DNA of 64,000 bases from a virus, in IMG/VR virus record IMGVR_UViG_3300030616_000506, positions 32,001 through 96,000 of that record, one strand, 5' to 3'. The notes under the pieces were generated by a model. It ran no database searches and was not told the DNA's origin. It worked only from the letters and a program-made list of their open reading frames with translations. Positions within the stretch are counted from its first letter, which is position 1, and every line of letters begins with the position of its first letter. Position numbers and translations under genes: made by a program. Of this stretch, positions 19,374 to 28,889 are shown one piece after another.

Positions 19374-20250
19374 TCTTCATCAAATATTCAACAGTTCTAT
19401 TTACAGCTTCTTGTGTTGTATAATTAGGTTTCCATCTAGTTTCTAATAACTTTCTATTATCCAATATAGTTATAGGTACATCTCCCTTCCAACCTCTATC
19501 TCCTCCAGTAAATATTAATTTTGTTTCATCATCAGTTACTATTTCTGATATGTATCTAGCTAAATTTTTAATTTTTACTGTATCTGATGCAGCTAAGTTA
19601 TATATATTAAAATTACTATCACTATGGGGTAAATTACAAAATGCATCTATACAATCCTCTACATCTAGAAATTGTTTAGTTTGGTTACCGTCTCCTAAAA
19701 CTTCTAACTCTTTAGGATTTTCCTTTAATTTTTTAACAAAGTCTTTAATAACTCCATGTGTATTACTAGGACCTATTATATTTCCTAACCTAAATATGTA
19801 GGACTTTATATCAAAACAATGACTATAAGCTGATATAAGTTTCTCACAAGCTAACTTGCTTGCTCCATACATAGAAATAGGTTCTAAATTAGGTGCATCT
19901 TCTTTTGTAGGGATATCTACCCTTTCTCCATATATAGTAGCACTAGAAGTAAATACTAATTTCTTACAACCGTTACTTACCATAAATTCTAATACAGAAT
20001 GAGTTCCTATTATATTATAACTTAAATCTATAGATCTATTTTCTACTCCACCTCTTACATCTGCATTTGCAGCTAAATGATATATAATATCATATTTCTT
20101 ATCTGGATAATCTCTTGGTATATTTATATTCTTATCTATCTTTAGATCTATAATATCAACTTCATGTCCTTCTGATGTAAGTCTATCAACTAGATGACTT
20201 CCTATGAATCCCTTTCCTCCTGTAACTAATATATTCATATTTTTCTCCAT
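19360..20250 (-). CDS. NAD-dependent epimerase/dehydratase (extended SDR)
   Basis: TGGKGFIG, HLAANADVR, YGASK, GGDRGWKGDVP. Confidence 0.92.
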   Translation of the reverse strand: MEKNMNILVTGGKGFIGSHLVDRLTSEGHEVDIIDLKIDKNINIPRDYPDKKYDIIYHLAANADVRGGVENRSIDLSYNIIGTHSVLEFMVSNGCKKLVFTSSATIYGERVDIPTKEDAPNLEPISMYGASKLACEKLISAYSHCFDIKSYIFRLGNIIGPSNTHGVIKDFVKKLKENPKELEVLGDGNQTKQFLDVEDCIDAFCNLPHSDSNFNIYNLAASDTVKIKNLARYISEIVTDDETKLIFTGGDRGWKGDVPITILDNRKLLETRWKPNYTTQEAVNRTVEYLMKNDNI

Positions 20251-21098
20251 ATTCTAGGTATACCATGTATCTCTTCTTTATCCTTTAATTCAACCTTAAG
20301 ATGTAATTCAAAACCATATTTAGGTAATAATTTCTCTATATTTAAGTTGTGTGCAGAATATTTCCAATTTTTACCATGATCTCTTATATAAAGTATACCG
20401 TCTTTCCTTATAACATCCCTAAATACATCCAGCATATAGTATACTAGATCTTCATTTATCTCTTGTAAAACTTGAACACAAAGTATTTTATCAAAGTAAT
20501 TCTTAGGTAAGATATCAGCTCTCCAAGTAGGTATATGGTATATTCCAGGATCATATATTTTTAATTTATTATTATCTAAATATTCTACTAATCGATGCTT
20601 TGATTTAGAATAGTATAGATTCTGCATACAATAAGACTGTAGTATAGCATCCATACCAACATATACTAGATCATCCTTAAATTGTGATAGTAAATTGATT
20701 TGTCTTCCATATCCTGGTCCGAAATCTAGAATTTTATTACCCTTATATAAATAAGTATATAAATAATCTTCTGCATTATATCTCCCTATAGTAGAATAAT
20801 ATTTATCAAAGTCTTTAATTTTTACAATAGCATCATCATAGAAATAACTAGAATTAATATAGGGTTCTATATAATCATCATCAATATTGTCTTTAAATTC
20901 ACTTTTAGATATCCAATCCATCCATTTATTTATATCCTTAATCCCTTCATAAGTATCAAAGGTTGATGGATAATTATCTGGATATTTAACATGTTCTATT
21001 CTCTCTTCTTGATAATCCCAAGATATCATCCAAGGTTTAATATATTTCTTATCTTCTTTAATTACTTCTCGAAATCTTCTTTCAATCTTAGTATGCAT
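20235..21098 (-). CDS. Putative sugar O-methyltransferase (class I SAM)
   Basis: ILDFGPGYGR, VGMD, FDKILC..VLQE, GILYI. Confidence 0.75.
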   Translation of the reverse strand: MHTKIERRFREVIKEDKKYIKPWMISWDYQEERIEHVKYPDNYPSTFDTYEGIKDINKWMDWISKSEFKDNIDDDYIEPYINSSYFYDDAIVKIKDFDKYYSTIGRYNAEDYLYTYLYKGNKILDFGPGYGRQINLLSQFKDDLVYVGMDAILQSYCMQNLYYSKSKHRLVEYLDNNKLKIYDPGIYHIPTWRADILPKNYFDKILCVQVLQEINEDLVYYMLDVFRDVIRKDGILYIRDHGKNWKYSAHNLNIEKLLPKYGFELHLKVELKDKEEIHGIPRIWRKI

Positions 21099-21868
21099 TT
21101 TTTAATATCCCATTGATATTTAATATCTGACAAATCTACATCTCTATTTACAATCAAAGGAATTTCATCAATTTGATCATTTGTAAATGGTAAATCAGTT
21201 AATGTTCCATGATCAGAAGTTATTAATATAGTTTGATATCCAGATAACTCTTCTATATATTTAATTACCTCTCGATATCTTCTAACTCCCCATAGATAAA
21301 CTTCTTTCTTTAGAGCTTTATCTTTTCTTATTTCATCGTAAGTCTTTAATGAAGGTAATCTACCTAATTCATATGGGCCAGGAAACATAACTGCTCCCTT
21401 AACTATAGATGAATGTATCCAGAATAAGTCATAGTCATCTCTTGCAGCTTCAGCAAATATACAAAGCTCTTCACAAGGTACTCTCTTAACACCTTTATCT
21501 TCTAGACTATGATAAAATTTCCATACTTGTTCACCAGAATATGGAGAATCTCCTACAACTTTCTCAAAGAATTTTGACTTATCAAAGTGATCCCAGACTA
21601 AATCTAATTTATTACCAAATCTATCTTCCCAAATGAAGGATTCGGTTTTATATTTATCTGTAAATCTAGTAAAGAAATCTGGATGTAGATTCTTAATTCT
21701 CTCTCCACTCCATAAACAAGTTAGTCCTATAGGAGTAGCTGATACTCCCTGCATCGAGAATGGTCTAACATCGCATCTTATCATCCTCATGGATTGCTCT
21801 TTAAATATATCTTTATATAAATCTTTTGCATATTTCCAGTTTAATCCATCAATACTAATTATTATCAT
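21062..21868 (-). CDS. Alkaline phosphatase/phosphodiesterase superfamily protein
   Basis: IIISIDG, SATPIGLTCLWSG (Thr nucleophile position), LITSDHG, IPLIV. Confidence 0.75.
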   Translation of the reverse strand: MIIISIDGLNWKYAKDLYKDIFKEQSMRMIRCDVRPFSMQGVSATPIGLTCLWSGERIKNLHPDFFTRFTDKYKTESFIWEDRFGNKLDLVWDHFDKSKFFEKVVGDSPYSGEQVWKFYHSLEDKGVKRVPCEELCIFAEAARDDYDLFWIHSSIVKGAVMFPGPYELGRLPSLKTYDEIRKDKALKKEVYLWGVRRYREVIKYIEELSGYQTILITSDHGTLTDLPFTNDQIDEIPLIVNRDVDLSDIKYQWDIKKCILRLKEDFEK

Positions 21869-23151
21869 TATATTAATTCAACTATCTCTTTAATTGTACA
21901 ACATTTATTATTTACATCAAAACTTCTCTTATTTATTAATATAGATTCTGCCACTATTTTCATACTTAAATAACTAGCTCTTAACAAATGATTTGCATAT
22001 ATTACTATTGATGCTCCTAATTTTTGTAAATCTTCTTCATACATATGATTATATGTACTTGGAACTAATACTAGTGGAACTCTATTTTTAATATTTTTAT
22101 ATTTATTACAAAATTCTATTAATTCTGTTGGTATATGGTTTTTACTATGTATCATAATAGCATCTGCACCAGCTGATATATAAGCTTTTGCTCTGATTAA
22201 AGCATCTTCAACTCCTTTATTAGCAATTAATGATTCTATTCTAGCTATTATCATAAAATCTTCTGTTAATTTGGAATTAATACCCAATTTAATTTTTTCA
22301 CAGAAATTCTCTACAGATTCTTGAGAGTGAGTAGTATTATCTAACAATGAATTTTTTTTAGGATATTTTTTATCTTCTATTATTATAGCAGAGACTCCTA
22401 TTCTTTCTAGTGTTTTTACCATAGATACAAAATTCTCTTTTGTTCCTCCAGTATCACCATCTACTATTATAGGCTTAGTGGTTACTTCTATTATTTCATT
22501 TACTCTCTGAAGTCTAGATGTGAAGTCTACTATTTCTATATCAGGTTTTCCTTTAGATGCAGAATCAGTTAAACTACTTTCCCATATTGCATCAAACTCT
22601 AGTATATTATTATCATTTTCTATTTTAGTCTTTTCTACTATAATACCTGATAGTCCATTATGAGATTCTAGTACTCTAACTAATGGCTTATACTTTAATA
22701 GGTTCTTTAGAGCTTTTCTTCTCTCATTTGGAGTTATACCATTTTTTAATTTGTTATTTATTAATTTAGTGGAGGATATCCCCTCAGTATAAGATGGCTC
22801 TATTAATTCTCCACCCCATTCACTAATAATATCTATAACATTCTGTCTTATCTCTGACTGTATTCCCTTCTTCCAATCATCACCATGCACTACATAATCT
22901 GGTTTATATTTAATGAGGTTATCTGTATAATCTAATGTATATTGAGGTACTACTCTAGTAACTCCATTTATATTACTAATAACTTTTTTTCTTTGTTCGT
23001 ATGAAGTTATTGGAACTCTTTTATATGAAGCTATAGCTTGATCTGTTAATAGACCTACTATTACATCTCCATAATCTCTAGCTTTATCAATTAGATTAAT
23101 ATGACCTACATGCAGGTAATCTGCTGACATTCCAACATATACTGTCTTCAT
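21868..23151 (-). CDS. pepM: Cytidylyltransferase-phosphoenolpyruvate mutase fusion (Fom1-like architecture)
   Basis: N-terminal HVGH, VHGDDW, GISST; C-terminal DGDTG, EDKKYPKKNS (EDK-x5-NS signature), ARIES, GADAIMIHS, IYAN. Confidence 0.96.
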   Translation of the reverse strand: MKTVYVGMSADYLHVGHINLIDKARDYGDVIVGLLTDQAIASYKRVPITSYEQRKKVISNINGVTRVVPQYTLDYTDNLIKYKPDYVVHGDDWKKGIQSEIRQNVIDIISEWGGELIEPSYTEGISSTKLINNKLKNGITPNERRKALKNLLKYKPLVRVLESHNGLSGIIVEKTKIENDNNILEFDAIWESSLTDSASKGKPDIEIVDFTSRLQRVNEIIEVTTKPIIVDGDTGGTKENFVSMVKTLERIGVSAIIIEDKKYPKKNSLLDNTTHSQESVENFCEKIKLGINSKLTEDFMIIARIESLIANKGVEDALIRAKAYISAGADAIMIHSKNHIPTELIEFCNKYKNIKNRVPLVLVPSTYNHMYEEDLQKLGASIVIYANHLLRASYLSMKIVAESILINKRSFDVNNKCCTIKEIVELI

Positions 23152-23771
23152 AATAACTCTCTTACTTTTTTATATTCAGTAGCTAGATTTAATATATGAG
23201 CTAATGCTACACCATGAGGTATATCATATTTAGCAGTTAGTGCATATGACATACCATGTATTATATTAGTTCCAGTATAATCTATAGCATTACCAGCTAA
23301 TATACTAGCATATAACCAATCATCATTTCTTATAGATTCTATAGCTTCTAAACAAATTGTAGCTATATGAGGTTTACATTTCTTAGATGTAAATGATTCT
23401 ATAATATGACATAGACAATCTATCTTACTAGCTATTTCTATCTCTTTTGGTAGATGCTCTAAATATTCATATTTTAATTTAGTTAGTGGTAACTTACAAT
23501 CTATGTTATGTTTCTTTCCTTCATGCCAATATACTGCGTGTCTCGTTCCAGATGCACCTGAGTATGTAGTAGGTATTGCTATTATTTGATATCTACATAA
23601 AATCTTAGCAGTATCTATCACAGAACCCCCTCCAATAGCTATGACCTCATCATATAGATTTCTCTTCTGGACTATTCTTATATCTGGTGGATGCTCTACT
23701 ATATATATTTTATCATATTTCCAATCATCTGCATATTTCCTAGTTGAAGGGCTTACAACCATTAATCTCAT
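23148..23771 (-). CDS. Iron-containing alcohol dehydrogenase, phosphonoacetaldehyde reductase-like (short)
   Basis: GGGSVIDTAK, IPTT, D.LCH..E, HGMSYALT, PHG; adjacent to pepM. Confidence 0.85.
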   Translation of the reverse strand: MRLMVVSPSTRKYADDWKYDKIYIVEHPPDIRIVQKRNLYDEVIAIGGGSVIDTAKILCRYQIIAIPTTYSGASGTRHAVYWHEGKKHNIDCKLPLTKLKYEYLEHLPKEIEIASKIDCLCHIIESFTSKKCKPHIATICLEAIESIRNDDWLYASILAGNAIDYTGTNIIHGMSYALTAKYDIPHGVALAHILNLATEYKKVRELL

Positions 23772-24249
23772 TATAAAACCTCTCAGTTATATCTTTATGT
23801 TTCATATCTATTCTAGGTGGTATATCTTTATCATCTTTCTTTATTTTTATTACACTACAGTTACATAGGTCAGTAAAATTAATAGCATCACTACAAGTTT
23901 TCTGTCCACCTGTACTTTGATATTGATTATTATCTAATATACATAATGTAAGATTTGGTAAATCTAACTTATTCATTAATGTTAATGTACCTAAACTCAT
24001 TAATACCTCTCCATCACCAGCTATTACTAATACTTCTCTATTGGTATGTAGAGCTAATCCTATTCCAAATCCCAATGCAGATCCCATGGAACCCATCATA
24101 TAGAAGTTAGCTGGTCTGTCACATACTCTATATAATTCTCTACTTATCATTCCTGCAGATGAAACTACCAGTTCATCATCAAATCTTTTTGATAAAAGTT
24201 CTACGATTTCTCTTCTTGATTTTAATGAATTTGTAATTATCATATTCAA
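23740..24249 (-). CDS. Phosphonopyruvate decarboxylase beta (TPP-binding) subunit
   Basis: GMISREL, FYMMGSMG, GDG..LM, LDNNQYQSTGGQ. Confidence 0.88.
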   Translation of the reverse strand: MNMIITNSLKSRREIVELLSKRFDDELVVSSAGMISRELYRVCDRPANFYMMGSMGSALGFGIGLALHTNREVLVIAGDGEVLMSLGTLTLMNKLDLPNLTLCILDNNQYQSTGGQKTCSDAINFTDLCNCSVIKIKKDDKDIPPRIDMKHKDITERFYNEINGCKPFN

Positions 24250-24544
24250 GTAATTCTAATAAATATTTGGATATCTTATACATAAACTTATGATGTGCAG
24301 GATCTTTCCTCAAACTTATAATCAAGTGAGGTAGTGGTATATTATAAGGCTTATATAGACTAGTTACTATATCTACTATATTACCTATTCCACTATTTTG
24401 CATATACACTTCTGGTTTCTTACCTGCAAACCATGCTCCAGCTGCGATAGCCATAGCTTCTCCTTCACTAGTGCATGGTACATCTACATCTTTAATAAAT
24501 TCCTTTAATTTAGAGCAAGGAATTCCATACTTAATCTTCTTCAT
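24179..24544 (-). CDS. Phosphonopyruvate decarboxylase alpha subunit (short)
   Basis: GIPCSKLK, EGEAMAIAAG, MQNSGIGN. Confidence 0.88.
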   Translation of the reverse strand: MKKIKYGIPCSKLKEFIKDVDVPCTSEGEAMAIAAGAWFAGKKPEVYMQNSGIGNIVDIVTSLYKPYNIPLPHLIISLRKDPAHHKFMYKISKYLLELLEYDNYKFIKIKKRNRRTFIKKI

Positions 24545-24695
24545 CTTTATATGGAGACGGCACTCTAATTATTTCATCTCCCTTATATCCACAATGTGAG
24601 CATCTCCAGAACCAAATTAGAAAATTATCTTTTTCTATATTGCCCCATTCTAGACCACTCTTACATCTTGGACAAATATATTCTTCACCAGCCAT
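24531..24695 (-). CDS. 54-aa zinc-ribbon microprotein (not in ORF track)
   Basis: MAGEEYICPRCKSGLEWGNIEKDNFLIWFWRCSHCGYKGDEIIRVPSPYKDEED; overlaps both neighbours. Confidence 0.75.
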   Translation of the reverse strand: MAGEEYICPRCKSGLEWGNIEKDNFLIWFWRCSHCGYKGDEIIRVPSPYKDEED

Positions 24696-25320
24696 AAAAT
24701 TTCTCTGGGTTTGCTTTAGCTATTCTATACATTCTTTCATATCCTAGATGTGGGGATTGATTCTTTCTGTTTGGGAATGGAATTCCTTCTATAATAGGTT
24801 TATCTAAGAATTTACACAATATTTTCCATGTATCTTTTGACCCAGGTTTATAATTATTCCATTCTATTTCCAAGAAATCTTCCCTATCTTTAAAATATTC
24901 CTTTACATTCTTATTATGATTTCTATACAATTCCAACATATCTTCTTTGTGTGTAGCTAAATATTTAAATCCGTATTCTTCATAATTTCTTTTATCTACT
25001 TTTGCTCGTCTTTCTATTGTCTTGGACCTCATGTTTTGATATAGGATATCAATTATCCATTCTTCCTCTGGACGCTCTACAAATACGAATTTTGAATTTG
25101 GATATTTTTTATCAAATTCTTTGTAAATATACGGCCATGGATAATCTTCAAATGCATCATAATTATTTGCTACTTTCCATAATTCTTCATAATTACCTTC
25201 ATTCCAATCTATTACTAATTTTCCTACATTTTCTATGACTCTATATCCAAGAATTTGTAGAGCTGTACCAAATGCTGAAGTTCCAGTTTTACCCATTCCT
25301 ACATATAATACTTTTTCTAT
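24685..25320 (-). CDS. Sulfotransferase family protein (probable ATA start at 25320)
   Basis: KVLYVGMGKTGTSA P-loop-like motif, FED.PW, YPNSKF...R, W..LC.FL; GAGGTGA RBS 4 nt before ATA. Confidence 0.8.
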   Translation of the reverse strand: MEKVLYVGMGKTGTSAFGTALQILGYRVIENVGKLVIDWNEGNYEELWKVANNYDAFEDYPWPYIYKEFDKKYPNSKFVFVERPEEEWIIDILYQNMRSKTIERRAKVDKRNYEEYGFKYLATHKEDMLELYRNHNKNVKEYFKDREDFLEIEWNNYKPGSKDTWKILCKFLDKPIIEGIPFPNRKNQSPHLGYERMYRIAKANPEKFYGW

Positions 25321-25352
25321 ATTATCACCTCACATCCTTTTACTGTTGGATA

Positions 25353-25955
25353 TCATTCATATATCTGCAATTTTAATACATCTTCAATTGATTTTAAATC
25401 TTTTTCAAAGAATTCTACATTATTTCTTATTTTGTTATCATCCCAATCCCACCATTTTAATTTTAAGAGATATTTTCTAATATCCTCATTAAATCTATAT
25501 TTTATACGCTTAGCTGGTACTCCTCCAACTATTGAATAGTGATCTATGTCTTTAGTTACTACTGCTCCAGCTCCTATTACAGCTCCATTACCTATAGTTA
25601 CTCCTTCTAGAATTATTACTCTAGTTCCTATCCACACATCATTTCCTATATTAACTGCTTTTTTACTATTTCTTAAACCTCGATTACCTATGATTGTGTC
25701 ATATAAAGCTCTACTTATAGAAGGTTGTTTGGTATTATAATTAACTGTTTGAAATATAACTTCTCTAGCTATATTACAATATTTACCTATATTTATCTCT
25801 CCACCATAAAATTCACACCCTTCATTAACTATACTTCCGTGATCTAGATAAACATTTCCCTTAACTTTAGTATTTATATTACTAACTCCAGTATGTCCTC
25901 TAACAAAAAACTTACCTTTGCCTCTCATATAAATTTGTTTGTATCCTTCTTTCAT
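25353..25955 (-). CDS. Hexapeptide O-acetyltransferase (CatB/Vat-like)
   Basis: IGNDVWIG...[16 protein letters not shown]...GGVPAK.IKYRF..KWWDW. Confidence 0.9.
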   Translation of the reverse strand: MKEGYKQIYMRGKGKFFVRGHTGVSNINTKVKGNVYLDHGSIVNEGCEFYGGEINIGKYCNIAREVIFQTVNYNTKQPSISRALYDTIIGNRGLRNSKKAVNIGNDVWIGTRVIILEGVTIGNGAVIGAGAVVTKDIDHYSIVGGVPAKRIKYRFNEDIRKYLLKLKWWDWDDNKIRNNVEFFEKDLKSIEDVLKLQIYE

Positions 25956-27202
25956 ACTTTATCCTTATGTCTAAATACAACATATCTTCTATATTTATCT
26001 ATCAATCTCTTTTGCTCATATCTTAAATCTTCATTTGATAAAGTCTTTGTGTTCACCCAATTATTATTGTATTCATCAAAGGTTGACCAATCCCAATCTT
26101 TCATCAAATCATGATCATAATATTCGTTATTAGGGAACGGTGATAATAAAGCAAATCCTACCATATCTGGCTCTAATTCATCACATAATTCTTCTGTCAT
26201 TTTTATATCTTCAATTGTTTCATTTGGCATTCCTAATAAAAAATAAGCTCTAGTTTTAATACCATACTCTTTAGTTAATTTGAATGCATCCCTTATCTTA
26301 TCTACATTTGTATGTTTATTCATATCCTTTAGTATTCTAGGAGATCCACTCTCTACTCCATACCATAATTCTGTACAGTTAGCTTTATATAGATGTTCCA
26401 ATAAATCTCTGTTTATGGTATTAACGTGAGCATTAGCACCAAAAGGTATATTAATATTTCTTTTAATCTTCTCATTACAGAATTCTTTTACCTTACCTCT
26501 ATTTAAGGTAAAGGTATCATCTGCAAACTTTATAAAATCTATATTCCACTTATTTACGGTATATTCAAATTCATCTAAAACATTAATTGGAGATCTTATT
26601 CTAGCTTTACTACCCCATAAAAATCTACTACAACAAAAGCTACAATTAAATGGACATCCTCTACTACTAAATATAGATGTTATTCTCTTACCTCCATCAT
26701 TATAAGCTTGTTGTATATTCCTCTCATTCTTGATAGTATCCCTATCAGGATAAGGTAAGTTATCTAAATTCTTAATAGATCTAGAATTAACTATAGTATT
26801 TCTACTTTGTCTATTTTCTAATATATTTCTAACTATCCTATAGAAGGATAACTCTCCCTCTCCCTCTATGACTATGTCTACATCTTTCTCTCTTATAACA
26901 TCTTTAGGTAGACATGTAGGATGTATTCCTCCCATAACTATCCAATTATTTTCACTTCTTAATTTCTTAGATAAATCAAGAGCATGTTTAAATTGTGGAC
27001 TAGTGCATCCGAATCCTATTATATCAGAATCTTCTGCTCCTCTTAATATGGTTTTATCACTATCATAAAAACCTGAATAGAAATTTATATCTAAATCTTC
27101 TTTAATATATTTTCTCAAAGTAGATATTATATATCCTATACCAAGTGCTTCCCATGTATGTCCTTTATATCCAACATTAGGTTGTATAAATGTTATTTTC
27201 AT
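25952..27202 (-). CDS. Cobalamin-binding radical SAM enzyme (class B methylase-like)
   Basis: [38 protein letters not shown]. Confidence 0.93.
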   Translation of the reverse strand: MKITFIQPNVGYKGHTWEALGIGYIISTLRKYIKEDLDINFYSGFYDSDKTILRGAEDSDIIGFGCTSPQFKHALDLSKKLRSENNWIVMGGIHPTCLPKDVIREKDVDIVIEGEGELSFYRIVRNILENRQSRNTIVNSRSIKNLDNLPYPDRDTIKNERNIQQAYNDGGKRITSIFSSRGCPFNCSFCCSRFLWGSKARIRSPINVLDEFEYTVNKWNIDFIKFADDTFTLNRGKVKEFCNEKIKRNINIPFGANAHVNTINRDLLEHLYKANCTELWYGVESGSPRILKDMNKHTNVDKIRDAFKLTKEYGIKTRAYFLLGMPNETIEDIKMTEELCDELEPDMVGFALLSPFPNNEYYDHDLMKDWDWSTFDEYNNNWVNTKTLSNEDLRYEQKRLIDKYRRYVVFRHKDKV

Positions 27203-27936
27203 TTAGCCTCTATTAATTTCCACCCATTTCTTGTGGCCCATCTAACATATCCAGTTCTGTTTATCCAGTGCTCTTGTCTTCTCCAAGATGCAGTTGCATC
27301 ATCATCTTTATTAGGCATTATTTCTTTTTTATACATTGGTAACATCCCTTCTTCTGGTGGATGTGGGGTATAAACTTTGCAGTTACCATATTTCTGTATT
27401 GTGTATGCAAAGTGCATATCCGATATAGCTACATAGGTAGGAGGTTTCTCTCTTAGAAAATGTTGTGTATAACTATTTGGATAAAAAGATACTCCTCCAC
27501 CAAAATCTACTAGTTCTAACTCTCCATTCCTTACTTTACTTGATATTCTAGTATTAGGAAGATAAGATTTCTTACTACTTAATCTAACTCCTCTCTGTAC
27601 ATACCATCCTTGAGTCTCTTCTTGCTTCTTAATAGCCCACTCTACAAATTTAGGACCTGGAGGTCTATCATCATCTATGGCTAATATATAATCAGACTTA
27701 GTTAGATGTCCTAACATTATAAAGGCTATAGTTTCAAACCTATTAGTATTACTATTAATAATATCTATCTTTAGCTCATCATCTTTTATATGTATATCCT
27801 TACCATCTTCAGTACAATTATTATTCCATATCATTACCCTCTCTATAGGATATGTAAATTCTTTTATTCTCTTTATTAGAATAGGAATATTATCTGGTCT
27901 TCTATAAGATGGTATTAGGATTGTTACTGATTTCAT
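27199..27936 (-). CDS. GT-A fold glycosyltransferase
   Basis: ILIPSYRR, IWNN, LAIDDD. Confidence 0.75.
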   Translation of the reverse strand: MKSVTILIPSYRRPDNIPILIKRIKEFTYPIERVMIWNNNCTEDGKDIHIKDDELKIDIINSNTNRFETIAFIMLGHLTKSDYILAIDDDRPPGPKFVEWAIKKQEETQGWYVQRGVRLSSKKSYLPNTRISSKVRNGELELVDFGGGVSFYPNSYTQHFLREKPPTYVAISDMHFAYTIQKYGNCKVYTPHPPEEGMLPMYKKEIMPNKDDDATASWRRQEHWINRTGYVRWATRNGWKLIEAK

Positions 27937-28889
27937 TCTACCTCATCTAACAGTTTTCTTATATACTTCTTATCTCCCTTAAAGAACATATCTTCTTTAT
28001 ATCCACCATTATCTATATCTCTTTCTATAACTAATAAGTCATCTATTTCCTTTATAGCTGATATTTCATCATCATATAGAATTTCTTCATATATTTTTTC
28101 ACCTGGTCTTATACCTATTCTCTCTATCTTAACGGTCTTATCTTTAGAATATTTATCTATAAGAGCATCAATTATATCTCCAGTTTTGATGATGGGCATT
28201 CTCTTTAGGAATATCTCATCTCCTTTAGATAAATATAATCCCTTAATAACTATCTCTGCAGCCTGGACTGGTTTTAAATAGAATCTGGTCATCTTTAGAT
28301 CTGTTATAGTTATAGGTTCTCTCTCTTGTATTTGTTCCTTAACTATAGGAACTACGGATCTATTGGAGAATAAGACATTACCGAATCTAGTTACTGAGAA
28401 TATTGTATTCTTATATTTCTTGCTAGCTAATCTAGTTAGATATTCTCCTATTAGTTTAGTCATTCCATAATAACTAATAGGATTTACAGCTTTATCTGAA
28501 CTTAGATATATAAATTTCTTAATATCATATTTACCACTACATTTTATAACATTTTTTGTTCCATTTATATTAGTATCATATACCATATCTCTAAATTCTT
28601 CTGCTTCTGGAACAAATTTATATGCAGCAGCATGTATTACATAATCTACATTATAAAATAAATCATCTAACTCATTTAAATTTCTAATATCTACATGTTC
28701 TAAATTAAATTTAGACCAGTTATCATAGAAATCTTCTTTAAATTCCAATAATTCACCTATATCATTGGATATTATTTTGATTAATTTTATGTCATACTTT
28801 AATAAATTTCTACATATTTCTTTACCTATAGATCCACTTCCACCTGTTATTAGAATGATTTTGTTTTTATAAAAATCTTCTATTTCCAT
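27933..28889 (-). CDS. NDP-HexNAc 4,6-dehydratase (PseB/CapD-like)
   Basis: TGGSGSIG, HAAAYKFVP, SSDKAVNP, YGMTK, RFGNV, IRPGEK. Confidence 0.9.
   Translation of the reverse strand: MEIEDFYKNKIILITGGSGSIGKEICRNLLKYDIKLIKIISNDIGELLEFKEDFYDNWSKFNLEHVDIRNLNELDDLFYNVDYVIHAAAYKFVPEAEEFRDMVYDTNINGTKNVIKCSGKYDIKKFIYLSSDKAVNPISYYGMTKLIGEYLTRLASKKYKNTIFSVTRFGNVLFSNRSVVPIVKEQIQEREPITITDLKMTRFYLKPVQAAEIVIKGLYLSKGDEIFLKRMPIIKTGDIIDALIDKYSKDKTVKIERIGIRPGEKIYEEILYDDEISAIKEIDDLLVIERDIDNGGYKEDMFFKGDKKYIRKLLDEVE

Noticed and set aside
23740-24544. Sulfopyruvate decarboxylase ComDE (coenzyme M synthesis)
   Set aside because: Same family, but adjacency to PepM and Fe-ADH and the absence of comABC favour phosphonopyruvate decarboxylase
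25353-25955. Chloramphenicol/streptogramin resistance gene
   Set aside because: CatB/Vat-like fold is common in glycan loci; context favours sugar O-acetylation
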